Shown: piece after piece, positions 24,117 through 33,870 of the stretch
Position numbering within the stretch: position 1 is the stretch's first letter
Layout of the letters: the number at the start of each line of letters is the position of its first letter
Assembly (NCBI RefSeq): GCF_035594765.1
Contig: NC_085846.1
Coordinates: 8,171,190 to 8,235,189 of the forward strand
Direction: 5' to 3'
DNA length: 64,000 bases
From: Anolis carolinensis
Taxonomy: Eukaryota
Notes under the pieces: generated by a model
Database searches by the model: none
What the model was told of the DNA's origin: nothing
Seen by the model: only the letters and a program-made list of their open reading frames with translations
Translations under genes and position numbers: made by a program

Positions 24117-25134
24117 GTAAACTTTTTCAGGTTTAACATTCCTTCCAATTGAGATCGGGCCCGAGGAGGGGGGGGAGCAAAATTTTTATGTAGCCATCAG
24201 ACATCTAGCTTCCCTCCTCCCATCCTTTATTACAGCAGGGGATTTGGATTAGTTCGATTTTGGGGGGAATTGTATCTCTGATCCGACATTTCTGATCCAA
24301 ACTTTGATGGGCAGGAGGGGGTTGTTTCTATACCGAAGCCCTTTTCTCGCCCCCAGGAATGAGTCCTTAGTTACTACTTGTTTTATTCCACCAGAAAGGC
24401 CGCTATGCGGTGGAACAATTTGCAACACCCCCAAGGACAGAACATATAATATAATAACAACAGAGTATTTCAACATCCTGAAGACCTTTGTTAGGGCATT
24501 TGCTTTAGGACAAGAAGTTAGGGAAAGTGGAAGTTTATGTGAGGATCTAAACATGTGAAATCTTTCAGGATAGGTGCATTTAGTGCCTTTAATTCCAGGT
24601 ATATTCACCCAGAATAGTTACTTACACCTCCACCTCTATTTTGTGATTGATTCATTGTTACTAACGCTAGGGGAGTTCACACCTCTGTAATTATCTGCTC
24701 AGCAAAACCACTTTCTTCAATACTGATTTGAAATTGCATTAAATGGTCAGTGTAGATGGGGCCTTAGGCTTCCCTTACATATCTATAAGCTAGCTGGCAT
24801 TGCCCCCCTCCCATGTGCGATGGGAAGTTGCTGCCAATTGCGAGAGAAATAAGGCTGAACACTGTGAAAGCCACCCACTGTATGGCTATTAGCCTCCTCC
24901 CAGTAGACTTAAATCAAGGAAAAGCTTCATGAGAACCACCACTCTTCTTCATGTTGCTCCACCAACAGCAAGAATATCCCTGTGGGCAGCAAAATCAGGC
25001 AATCCCAACTGGATGGCCCCCCAGGAGGGCCTTCCTTCAGTTGACCAAGAATTGGCAACTTGGAAGTCCCTGAAGAGACTCAGAAGCAAGTTGGCAGATC
25101 CAAAGACAACCTGGCAAAGTGACACTACCTAGAG

Positions 25135-25943
25135 CAATGATGGGCAACCTTTTGCACTTGGTGTGTCAAAATTCACCAAATAAAACTTAGCATGACTTGG
25201 GTGGTGTGTCACTTTGAGAGAGAGAAAAACCATAATTTTGCAATATTTATAGTTTAAATAACAAAAATATATAATTGTAATATATAACTGTATTTAATAA
25301 ACCAAAAACTATTGACTACCATTATTTCCATGTACAACAATCTATGGTACCTCTTGCAGCTTCCACGCTGATTTCTCTCTATTCTGGTTTCAATGTAGTC
25401 ATGAATAATAAATAATATAATAATAATATAATAGTAATAATATGATAATATACTACAATAATAATAGACTAATAATAGAATGATATAATTTTATACACAC
25501 ACACACACACGTATTGCACAAGGTGGAGGATTCCTCTAGGTCAGTGATGGCCAACCTATGACACATGTGTCAACACTGACACGCCTAGCCATTTTTGCTG
25601 ACACGCTACTACATGCAGATTGATTGGGTGACTATGTATTTTGTGGCCAAATTTGGTGTGATTTGGTCCAGTAGTTTTGTTGTTTACTTCATGGGAATTA
25701 TGCACATTACATTTATGTATATATATATACACACACACGTATGTGTGTGTGTGTATATATATATATACATAAATGTAATGTGCATAATTCCCATGAAGTA
25801 AACAACAAAACTACTGGACCAAATCACACCAAATTTGGCCACAAAATACATAGTCACCCAATCAATCTGCATGTAGTAGCGTGTCAGCAAAAATGGCTAG
25901 GCGTGTCAGTGTTGACACATGTGTCATAGGTTGGCCATCACTG
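25135..25943 (+). mobile_element. Non-autonomous hAT transposon (same family as 8743-9585) with 8-bp TSD ACCTAGAG
   Basis: TIRs as in the first copy; TSD at 25127-25134 and 25944-25951. Confidence 0.9.
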
Positions 25944-25971
25944 ACCTAGAGGAATCCTCCACCTTGTGCAA
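25514..25971. repeat. Near-perfect 458-bp palindrome (fold-back inverted duplication)
   Basis: 25514-25738 is the reverse complement of 25742-25971, apart from microsatellite length. Confidence 0.92.
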
Positions 25972-26691
25972 CTGTGGAGCAGAACCAACAACTTAGCATC
26001 TCTATGCTTACCCAGTATTTATTTATTTACAGTATTTATATTCCACCCATCCCACCCCGAAGGGGACACAGGGCGGATCACATTGCACATATAAGGCAAA
26101 CATTCAATGCCTTAGCATAGAACAGAGACAGATGCAGGCACAAGCTGGCCTCGAACTCATGACCTCTTGGTCAGAGTGATTTGTTGCAGCTGGCTGCTAA
26201 CCAGCCTGCACCATAGCCCAGCCACTATGCCCTGTCTCATGCCCAGATGAAGAACTGTTTAAAGCTACAGACAATGCCGTTGCTGTTGCCCGTTTTTGGT
26301 CTAAAACTATTTAGCAGCTTGTGATCGCTTTATTTTTTATCACTTTTAAACTTATCTATTTATGCAATGCTTTTGACATGAAATAAACATTTAAAAAAAG
26401 ATCTTGACACTCGCCATAGCTTATATAACAAACAAGTGGATCTCCACAAATTATTGGACTAAAACTCCTATTATCCTATGCTGGCTAGAGTTGATGGCAA
26501 CATGCCCGCCCCCAAAGTTGCCCTCTGCTATTTTAGTGCCATAAAACACATTTAAAAGTAGTAAAAGGTAGCAGTCAAGTTAAGCTTTTGAGGGACTATG
26601 AAGCCTCAATTGTAATTGATCAGAATGGAAACTTTCCTTTGATTTTGTTTCTCTCTTAGGTGTATCTACCCTGTCCCCAAACACCACAGCA

Positions 26692-26805
26692 ATGCCTCAT
26701 GGCATGAGCTTGCTTTTGGTGGCAGTGACGTGGGCCGTGGCCTCCCCTGCCGACACTTGCAATAAAGCCCTCTGTGCCAGTGATGTCAGCAAATGTCTGC
26801 TGCAG
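26692..26805 (+). CDS. Twisted gastrulation (TWSG1-like) paralogue, coding exon 1: signal peptide and start of N-terminal Cys-rich domain
   Basis: MPHGMSLLLVAVTWAVASPADTCNKALCASDVSKCLLQ; acceptor before 26660, CAG|GTAAG donor. CNKALCASDVSKCL is the Tsg signature. Confidence 0.93.
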
Positions 26806-27766
26806 GTAAGATCCCAGAGATAAAAGCAAGATACTAAATAGTACTAGTATTACTACTAACAAAAATAATACAAAAAGCATTTTTGAGGCATGCTTCTTAA
26901 ACCTCCAAGTTAAAGTAGGTAATTCACATAAAATGGAGAATAATTAGCACCATTTTGGACTGAGCAGGACTGATATTGTATGTTTTTGGAAGATAATTTC
27001 AGCCCCTTCCACACTGCCCTATATCCCAGAATCCCAGATTTTCTGCTTTGAACTGGATTATATGAGTCTACACTGCCAGATAAGCAAATAATCTGGGATC
27101 AGATCCTGGGATATATAATGTAGATCCAGCCACCTACTTTTGTGGAGTTAATATTTTCTGTTGCTGAATTGAATTAACCATTGCTCTGAGTTTTGAGTTT
27201 GGTCGTACTGATAAACTCAGGCCCCTTCTACACTGCCCTATAAGATCCAAATTATCTGCTTTGAACTGGATTATGTGGCAGTGTAGACTAATATAGTCCA
27301 GTCCAAAGCAGATAATGTGGATTATTGTCTTTGATAATCTGGATTATTTGGCAGTGTAGAAGGAACCTTAGTTTCTTCTTGCAGAGATCCAGTGGGACAA
27401 CTAACCCTTGCATCTTTGCACTGGGTGAAACTCTATGATCCAACTATATCCAAAGATGGGACCAAATCTTTCATCCATAGGTCACTGTAAAGACCCTAAT
27501 GGAAAGAGACAGTAGATAGCCTTCTGCTTGGGAACTATGCAGTTTCTTGTTCATCCTTGTTTTCACCCTTTTAGAAATTAGGTGCCCTTTGTTGTTGTTA
27601 TTGTTGTTGTTGTTGTTATCGTGAAACAGTTAGAACATAGAATTCAAAGGCATAGTTGTGTTAGTCTGGATCAGTACACAAAAGGATTTTGGAGCACCCT
27701 TGATTTGGTGGCTTTCATAGAGTGCATCCACACTGTAGAATTCATGCAGGATTTCTTTTTTGGCAG

Positions 27767-27866
27767 GAAGTGTGCCAGTGTGAAGCAAACCGTGCTGGCT
27801 GCCCATGCTGTCGGGAATGTGCCTTTTGTTTGGGCAACCTCTGGGAGACTTGCTGTGATTGTGTGG
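27767..27866 (+). CDS. TWSG1-like coding exon 2
   Basis: 100-nt AG/GT exon EVCQCEANRAGCPCCRECAFCLGNLWETCCDCV(G), with the same Cys spacing as TWSG1. Confidence 0.93.
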
Positions 27867-28344
27867 GTAAGGAATATCCAAGGACAGTGGCATGCTCCTC
27901 CTCCTTGTCTACTGAGGGATTCTGAGAGTTGTTATCCAAAACAGAAAGCTGTGCTGCTGCTTGGGGACATCAGAGCTCACATCCCATACTCACATTCCAA
28001 ACAAGCAAAGTGTTCCAGAATAAAAGCGAGGATTGTCAGATCAGAATGATCTCAGACTATGAGATTTCAGGTCATAACCTGGACCCTGGGGGCAACCCCT
28101 CATGATACCACAAAAGGCCAGTACCTTTTGTGTTCAAAGGGGTAGTTTCTGGTGTTGTGACCTGAGGGGTATTGTGGCCTGAGCATACATTTTCAAATTA
28201 GATGATTTGCAAAAAAAAAAAAATTGAGATTGTCTCTTGCGTAGAGATTTCACCACCTCACTCAGGATCATGGGAAGTAGACCAGGCTTTGAGTGCTAGC
28301 AGCCTTACCGAGGAAGGATTCTGACTTGACTTTTTCCTCCTGAG

Positions 28345-28560
28345 GGCTCTGTGATGAACGCCCTCTCTCAGCCCCTCGCCCAGCCCAGCGAAGCTCCATG
28401 CACAACCTGATGTCACCCGTGCCCTCTCTCTTCCGGGCACTCACAGCCATCTCCGACAATGAGTCTCCCATGGGCTGGAGCATCTTGACTCTGCCAGTTG
28501 AGGAGGAGCTGAGACAGAACCATGTAGAGACAGACCATCTCTTGCTGGGGCCACACACAG
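28345..28560 (+). CDS. TWSG1-like coding exon 3
   Basis: (G)LCDERPLSAPRPAQRSSMHNLMSPVPSLFRALTAISDNESPMGWSILTLPVEEEL...; PSLFRALT and W..L.LPV.EEL are Tsg motifs; CAG|GTAAGT donor. Confidence 0.88.
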
Positions 28561-28680
28561 GTAAGTATAACCTGTGCAGAGGAGAGAGCATTGATGTTGG
28601 AATAAGATTCCAGGCGATTCAAAAAGTGAAGGAAGAATACGAGCGATACACAACCATGAACTTTCCCTTTCTTTTTGCAG

Positions 28681-28901
28681 GCTTGGTTCTCCCAGATGCT
28701 GAAGGCCTCAATGCCACCGCACCACCTTGCCAGTCCATTTTCTTCAACGAGTGCCTATCCATGAGCCGATGCCGGACAGCTTGCCAGTCGGTGGGAGCCT
28801 GGCGCTACCGCTGGTTCCACAATGCCTGCTGCCAGTGTGTAGGGCCTGACTGCCGGGGCTATGGTGGAGCCCAAGCAATTTGTTCCAACTGCCGGGATTA
28901 A
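28681..28901 (+). CDS. TWSG1-like coding exon 4 (C-terminal Tsg domain)
   Basis: CQSIFFNECLSMSRCRTACQSVGAWRYRWFHNACCQCVGPDCRGYGGAQAICSNCRD*; YRWFHNACC motif. Spliced CDS is 651 nt = 216 aa. Confidence 0.93.
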
Positions 28902-29088
28902 CTCACCATTTTTATCTTTATATGTACATGTACACATACAGATCCACATATGCAGTGCCTTCAACAACCTACCTACCTATTTACCTCTCTCTCCCACCTT
29001 CCCTTTCTTCCTATTCCTAGTGTTGTGAGCAAGACTAGTCCAATACATTTTTGCTACCCAAAGTGCTAAAGCCACCCAAGTGCTGAAG

Positions 29089-29930
29089 GATCCCTGTAGT
29101 CACATAGGAAGAATCTCTCTTCAGATCTTTCCCCAGTCCTGAACTTTCAGAACTTTCCAAGCCTATTGCTTCCTATGGACCCATGTACAGATTGTCGGAC
29201 TGCCTATCTCCTTTTTTAATAATAAATAAATAGTTTTGTCTGTAGGTTTTGTATTTCAGTTGTGAAATTCCAAGATGCCCTTGGTCCTGTGTATCCGAGG
29301 GCTGTGCATCCACAGATTCAACTAACAAAGTATTGGTTCTCAAACTGCTATCCTTCCGATGTTTGGAACTTCAAGTCCTGATATTCCTGAGCATCAGTCT
29401 TGAACTACCATAATCCCTTAGCCAGCATTATAATCTAATAAAGTAACTGCTTGAGGCTCTTCTCCCCTCTCTTATATAGAATATCTTGACTGTTTATGTT
29501 CTGCTTCCTGATCTAATCTTATAGGCAAGTTCTCCTGGTGGCTTTCATCTGCTCCCCATAGATGTGCCATAGGGAACAGAGAATTCATTTCATTGGCTTT
29601 GGCAGCATTGGGATACTGTACCTAGCAAAGATCCCTGTAGCCATATAGGAAGATTCTCTATTCAGATCTTTCCCCAGTCCTGAAGTTTCTGAACTTTCCA
29701 AGCCCATTGCTTTCTATGGACCCATGTACAGATTGTCGGACTGCCTATCTCCCTTTTTAACAATAAATAGTTTTGTCTGTATGTTGTGTAAGTCAACTGT
29801 TAAATTCCAAGATACAGTTGGTCTTGTGTATCCAAAGGTTATACATCCACAGATTCCACTAACAAAGCATTGGTTCTCAAACTGCCATCCTTCAGATGTT
29901 TGGAACTTCAAGTCTTGATATTCCTGAGCA
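29089..29930 (+). repeat. Diverged direct duplication (~300 bp; 29089-29393 and 29630-29930) containing the TWSG-like poly(A) signal
   Basis: Both copies begin gatccctgtag and end gatattcctgagca; AATAAA at 29221 and 29762. Confidence 0.85.
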
Positions 29931-30876
29931 CTGCTCATATTAGCTGAAATCAAAAATATCTCATCTTTTTGAAAACTCCTGGCAGGCCAGGATCAATGAG
30001 AGAAAATATCATTCTTGAAGTATGACATGTCCACTTGAAAATACACAGTAGGCAAAGCTTTTGAGATCAGCTTTTGACACATGGTTAACCACAGAATGTG
30101 GGCTTGCTGAGGTGTCTGATAACAGCTGTATCTTTAATCTCAGGTAAGCAAGCAGAAAGCATGTTTGAAACCTTGATAGGCCACCAGAAGTAGCAGGTGG
30201 ACTGAACTGGTGTGAAATAGATTTTGAGAGCTCTATTCCTCAGGCTGTTTTGTGAAGTCTTTCTGAAGATGCCAATCCATTCATTCATCTCTTTAATTTC
30301 TTCAATCAACACCACCCTTGCATTTTATTAACCACATACATATCTGCAGATGCACTTACTTTTGTCAGGGGTGAGCAACTTTAGCAGGTCTGGGGGCCAC
30401 TGGAGACTGCATGGGCTACTAAAAGTGCTGCAGGAGACTTCTAGATGTACCATGGACCACCACAGAGACAAACAAAGGGTATGAGAATAAATCAAACCAA
30501 AATGATTAAATGGAGGCTGTCATACTTAGGATGCATATGGGATGATATGACTCAGTGGAAAAGAGGATAGTTCTGGCAAAAGGAAGAGCTGTAAAAAAAG
30601 AGGAAGACCATCACAGACCACAGACTTGGTAGTGGTGGTGGCGTGGGCGACTAAGCTTTCTTCTGAAATGCTTTGGCAAAACTGGATCACCAAGACTTCT
30701 GCCTTCTCAGGAATAATCAGTCAAAAAGATATTAAGTAATCAAGAGCTAAGAAATACCAAGGCATATCTTGTTGTTGACCACCCCCAAAGGAACAAGGAT
30801 GTAGGGTCGGCTGGAGTAGAATCCTGATCTTTCCCAGCTCAAGGCTCTATTGCATTGTTTACTACAGACAGGCCAT

Positions 30877-31496
30877 AAATAGGAGTCTAGTGCCTAGATC
30901 CAGGGAAGTCATGCTCCCCCTCTATTCTATTCTGCCTGGGTCAGACCACACATGGAACCACACTGTATCCCATTCTGGGCACCGCAATTGAAAGGAGATG
31001 TTGACAAGCTGGAATGTGTCCAGAGGAGAGCAACTAAAATGATCAAGAGTCTGGAGAACAAGCTCTATGAGGAGCGGCCTAAAGAGCTGAGCATGTTTAG
31101 CCTTCAGAAGAGAAGGCTGAGAGGAGACATGATGAGAGCCATGTATAAATATGTGAGAAGAAGTCATAGGAAGGAGGGAGCAAGCTTGTTTTCTGCAGCC
31201 CTGGAGACTAGGACGCGGAACAATGGCTTCAAACTACAGGAAATAAAGAAAATTCCACCTGAACATTAGAAAGAATGTGATAGTGAGATGTTCACTAACT
31301 GTGATAGTGAGATGTTCAGCAGGGGAACTCTCTGGCCCGGAGTGTGGTGGAGGCTCCTTCTTTTGAGGTTTTTAAACAGAGGCTGGATGGTCATCTGTCG
31401 GGGGTGCTTTGAACGCGATTTTCCTGCTTCTTGGAAGAAAGAGGTTGGACTAGATGGCCCATGAGGTCTCTTCCAACTCTAGGATCCTATGATTCT
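30877..31496 (+). mobile_element. CR1 LINE 3' fragment
   Basis: [28 protein letters not shown]...[11 protein letters not shown]; CR1 3' end cttccaactct...atgattct. Confidence 0.9.
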
Positions 31497-31899
31497 TGCA
31501 ATCCAACTAAAAGTCCCTTTTCCCAGCTTTGCTAAGCTCTATTTCTCCAGCCTTTCCAAGGGGATGCTGCTAGAAACCTTCCAGTTAGACAGAGGATGAG
31601 GAAGAGAAGTAGAAGGCCCATGAAAACCTGAGCAGGCTTTATTAACTGAGGTGTCAAGGACAAAATCCCAGTTCCCTTTCACCTGGTCACAAGCTTTCCC
31701 TTTCCGCCCTAAATGTTCCAGAACGGGTGAAGCAACAATGAAGGGAAAGCATGCCTCTGAGAGTGTGCAGAGTGAAGTCTGGCAAGCCAGCCCTCTGCAT
31801 CTCGGGGAGGGGGTTGGGGTTGAAGGTAAAGGGGGTGTGGTTTGAGGCTGATCTCGGGCTCCTCTTTGTTGTGTTGCTTTGTTATTATAAAAAAAAATA

Positions 31900-32260
31900 G
31901 TTGGTTCACCTAAGCAGCTGGATTGCGCCTTTCTTCCTTTCTCGCTGCCTTTGGAGAGCCGAGCACGGACAGACCGCCGCCCCGCCTCTTGCGGGACCTG
32001 CCAGGCCCTGGATGGCACCGCCGGTCCCTCCCGGGCGGGTGAGCTTTGCTTTGCTTTGCTGGCGCCCTCCGCGCTCCTCCTTCGCCCCGATGAGGCTCTT
32101 AAAGCCCCCTGGCCTCCCCTTTCTTCCTGGCCTCCCTCTTTTTGCTGCCATTCTCTCCTCTTTTGCTTCCTGTTCCTTTTGTCTGCCTCTTCTTTCCTTC
32201 CTTTTGTCTGCCTCTCCGCTTTTGCTCTTCCCTCTTTCTCTCATTTGGGGGAAGAGAAGG
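31900..32260 (+). promoter_or_regulatory. HOMEZ CpG-island promoter and first exon (candidate donors at 32039 and 32260)
   Basis: Local CpG island with GC boxes; CGG|GTGAGC and AAG|GTAAGT donors; upstream of the HOMEZ acceptor at 36989. Confidence 0.65.
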
Positions 32261-32742
32261 TAAGTGGCTCCAAAGAATAGCCATTTGCTTTCTCTTCCCA
32301 AAACCGTCCTGTCTTTGCTGAGACAATATAAGGTGGGGAGATAAGGATGCTGTGATGGTGATCCTTCCTGCGCTTTCCAGTTTCTCTTCAGGGTTGTTGT
32401 GAGTTTTCCGGGCTGTATGGCCATGTTCCAGAAGTATTCTCTCCTGACGTTTCTCTTCATCTTTTACTAAAAGGGAAGCTCTAGGGAATTAGGGGTAAGC
32501 TTGGAAGCATGGGGACAGGAGGCGGGTTGAATGGCATGGGAGAAAGTGTGGGATTGTTTGTTTCCTCGTTCAAGCACATGCTGCTTCAAAGTGCCAAGAC
32601 AATTCCTTGCCCCGAAGGGCTTATATCTTTGTGTTGTCGAAGGCTTTCATGGCTGGGATCACTGGGTTGCTGTGACTTTTCTGGGCTGTCTGGCCATGCT
32701 CCAGAAGCATTCTCTCCTGACGTTTCACCGGCATCTATGGCA

Positions 32743-33140
32743 TAGAATCATAGAATCATAGAATAGTAGAGTTGGAAGAGACCTCACGGGCCATCCAGTC
32801 CAACCCCCTGCAAGAAGCAGGAAAATCTCATTCAAAGCACCCCCGACAGATGGCCATCCAGCCTCTGCTTAAAAGCCTCCAAAGGAGCCTCCACCACAGC
32901 CCGGGCGAGAGAGTTCCACTGCCGAACAGTTCTCACAGTGAGGAAGTTCTTCCTGATGATCAGGTGGAATCTCCTTTCCTGTAGTTTGAAGCCATTGTTC
33001 CGCGTCCTAGTCTGCAGGGCAGCAGAAAACAAGCTTGCTCCCTCCTCCTATGACTTCCCCTCATATATTTGTACGTGGCTATCATGTCTCCCCTCAGCCT
33101 TCTCTTCTGCAGGCTAAACATGCCCAGTTCTTTAAGCCTC
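32743..33140 (-). mobile_element. CR1 3' fragment inserted in a Penelope-like fragment (32630-33240)
   Basis: (catagaat)n tail, [17 protein letters not shown] on the - strand. Confidence 0.85.
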
Positions 33141-33572
33141 ATGCATCCTCAGAGGTTGTTAGGTCTCTTAGAAACTAGGCAAGTGGGGTTTATATATCTG
33201 TGGAATAATGTCCAGGGTGGGAGAAAGAACTCTTGTTTGTTGGAGGCTCCTTCTTTGGAGGCTTTTAAGCAGAGGCTGGATGGCCATCTGTCGGGGGTGC
33301 TTTGAATGTGATTTTCCTGCTTCTTGGCAGGGGGTTGGACTGGATGGCCCATAAGGTCTCTTCCAACTCTATGATTCTATGATTCTATGATTCTATGAGG
33401 CAAGTATGAATGTTGCAAAAGATCACTTTGATTACCATGCCATGTCAGGCTACACAGAGAAGCCATTGAAATCCACAAGCAGTGCTTCTTGCTTCTTTCT
33501 CCCAACTTGGACCTCCTACAAATATCCTTGGACTGGACCCATTGTTTTGGGTTGTTTTACTACAGGTGTGGG

Positions 33573-33870
33573 TAATTTCAACAGAAAGGAGGAAACCATG
33601 AAAATTAACAGTAGCTGGCTTCCAGTATTTTTAAAAAAACTCTAAAACCAGGACAGTAAAATAAAGAACAACATTCAGAGAACTGGGGAATTCTAAACAA
33701 GAAACAATCAGGGCCAGTTAACACCTCTCAATAAAGGATTTCCTCAGGCAGGAAGCAGCAAGGCTTTGAATCTGCAAGGTCATTCAATGCCAATCAAGGT
33801 GGCAAATTGCAACATTCACACTTGCCTTAGGCAGACAAGAGTTTTTTCTCCCACCCTGGACATTGTTCCA
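33573..33870 (+). mobile_element. Penelope-like fragment flanked by an 84-bp direct duplication
   Basis: Similar to 20240-20370; 33489-33572 is identical to 33877-33960. Confidence 0.7.

Larger units (their letters stand above)
24770..26388 (+). mobile_element. Vingi/Ingi-like LINE 3' fragment interrupted by a hAT element and a SINE
   Basis: AGIAP..., RLKSRKSFMRTT, WKSL.RLRS, C-terminal C.CG...H...C-like remnant, gaaataaa end. Confidence 0.6.

Noticed and set aside
23637-24152. ORFs of 99-171 aa upstream of the Tsg paralogue (similar ORFs at 31539-32460)
   Set aside because: Low-complexity purine/pyrimidine tracts in promoter regions with no domain
25556-25929. Mirror-image ORF pairs (also 8119-8572 and 18274-18856)
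   Set aside because: By-products of palindromic repeats
30085-30315. 76-aa minus ORF faintly like a hAT transposase C-terminus
   Set aside because: Similarity is too weak to support without a search; no TIRs or splice signals
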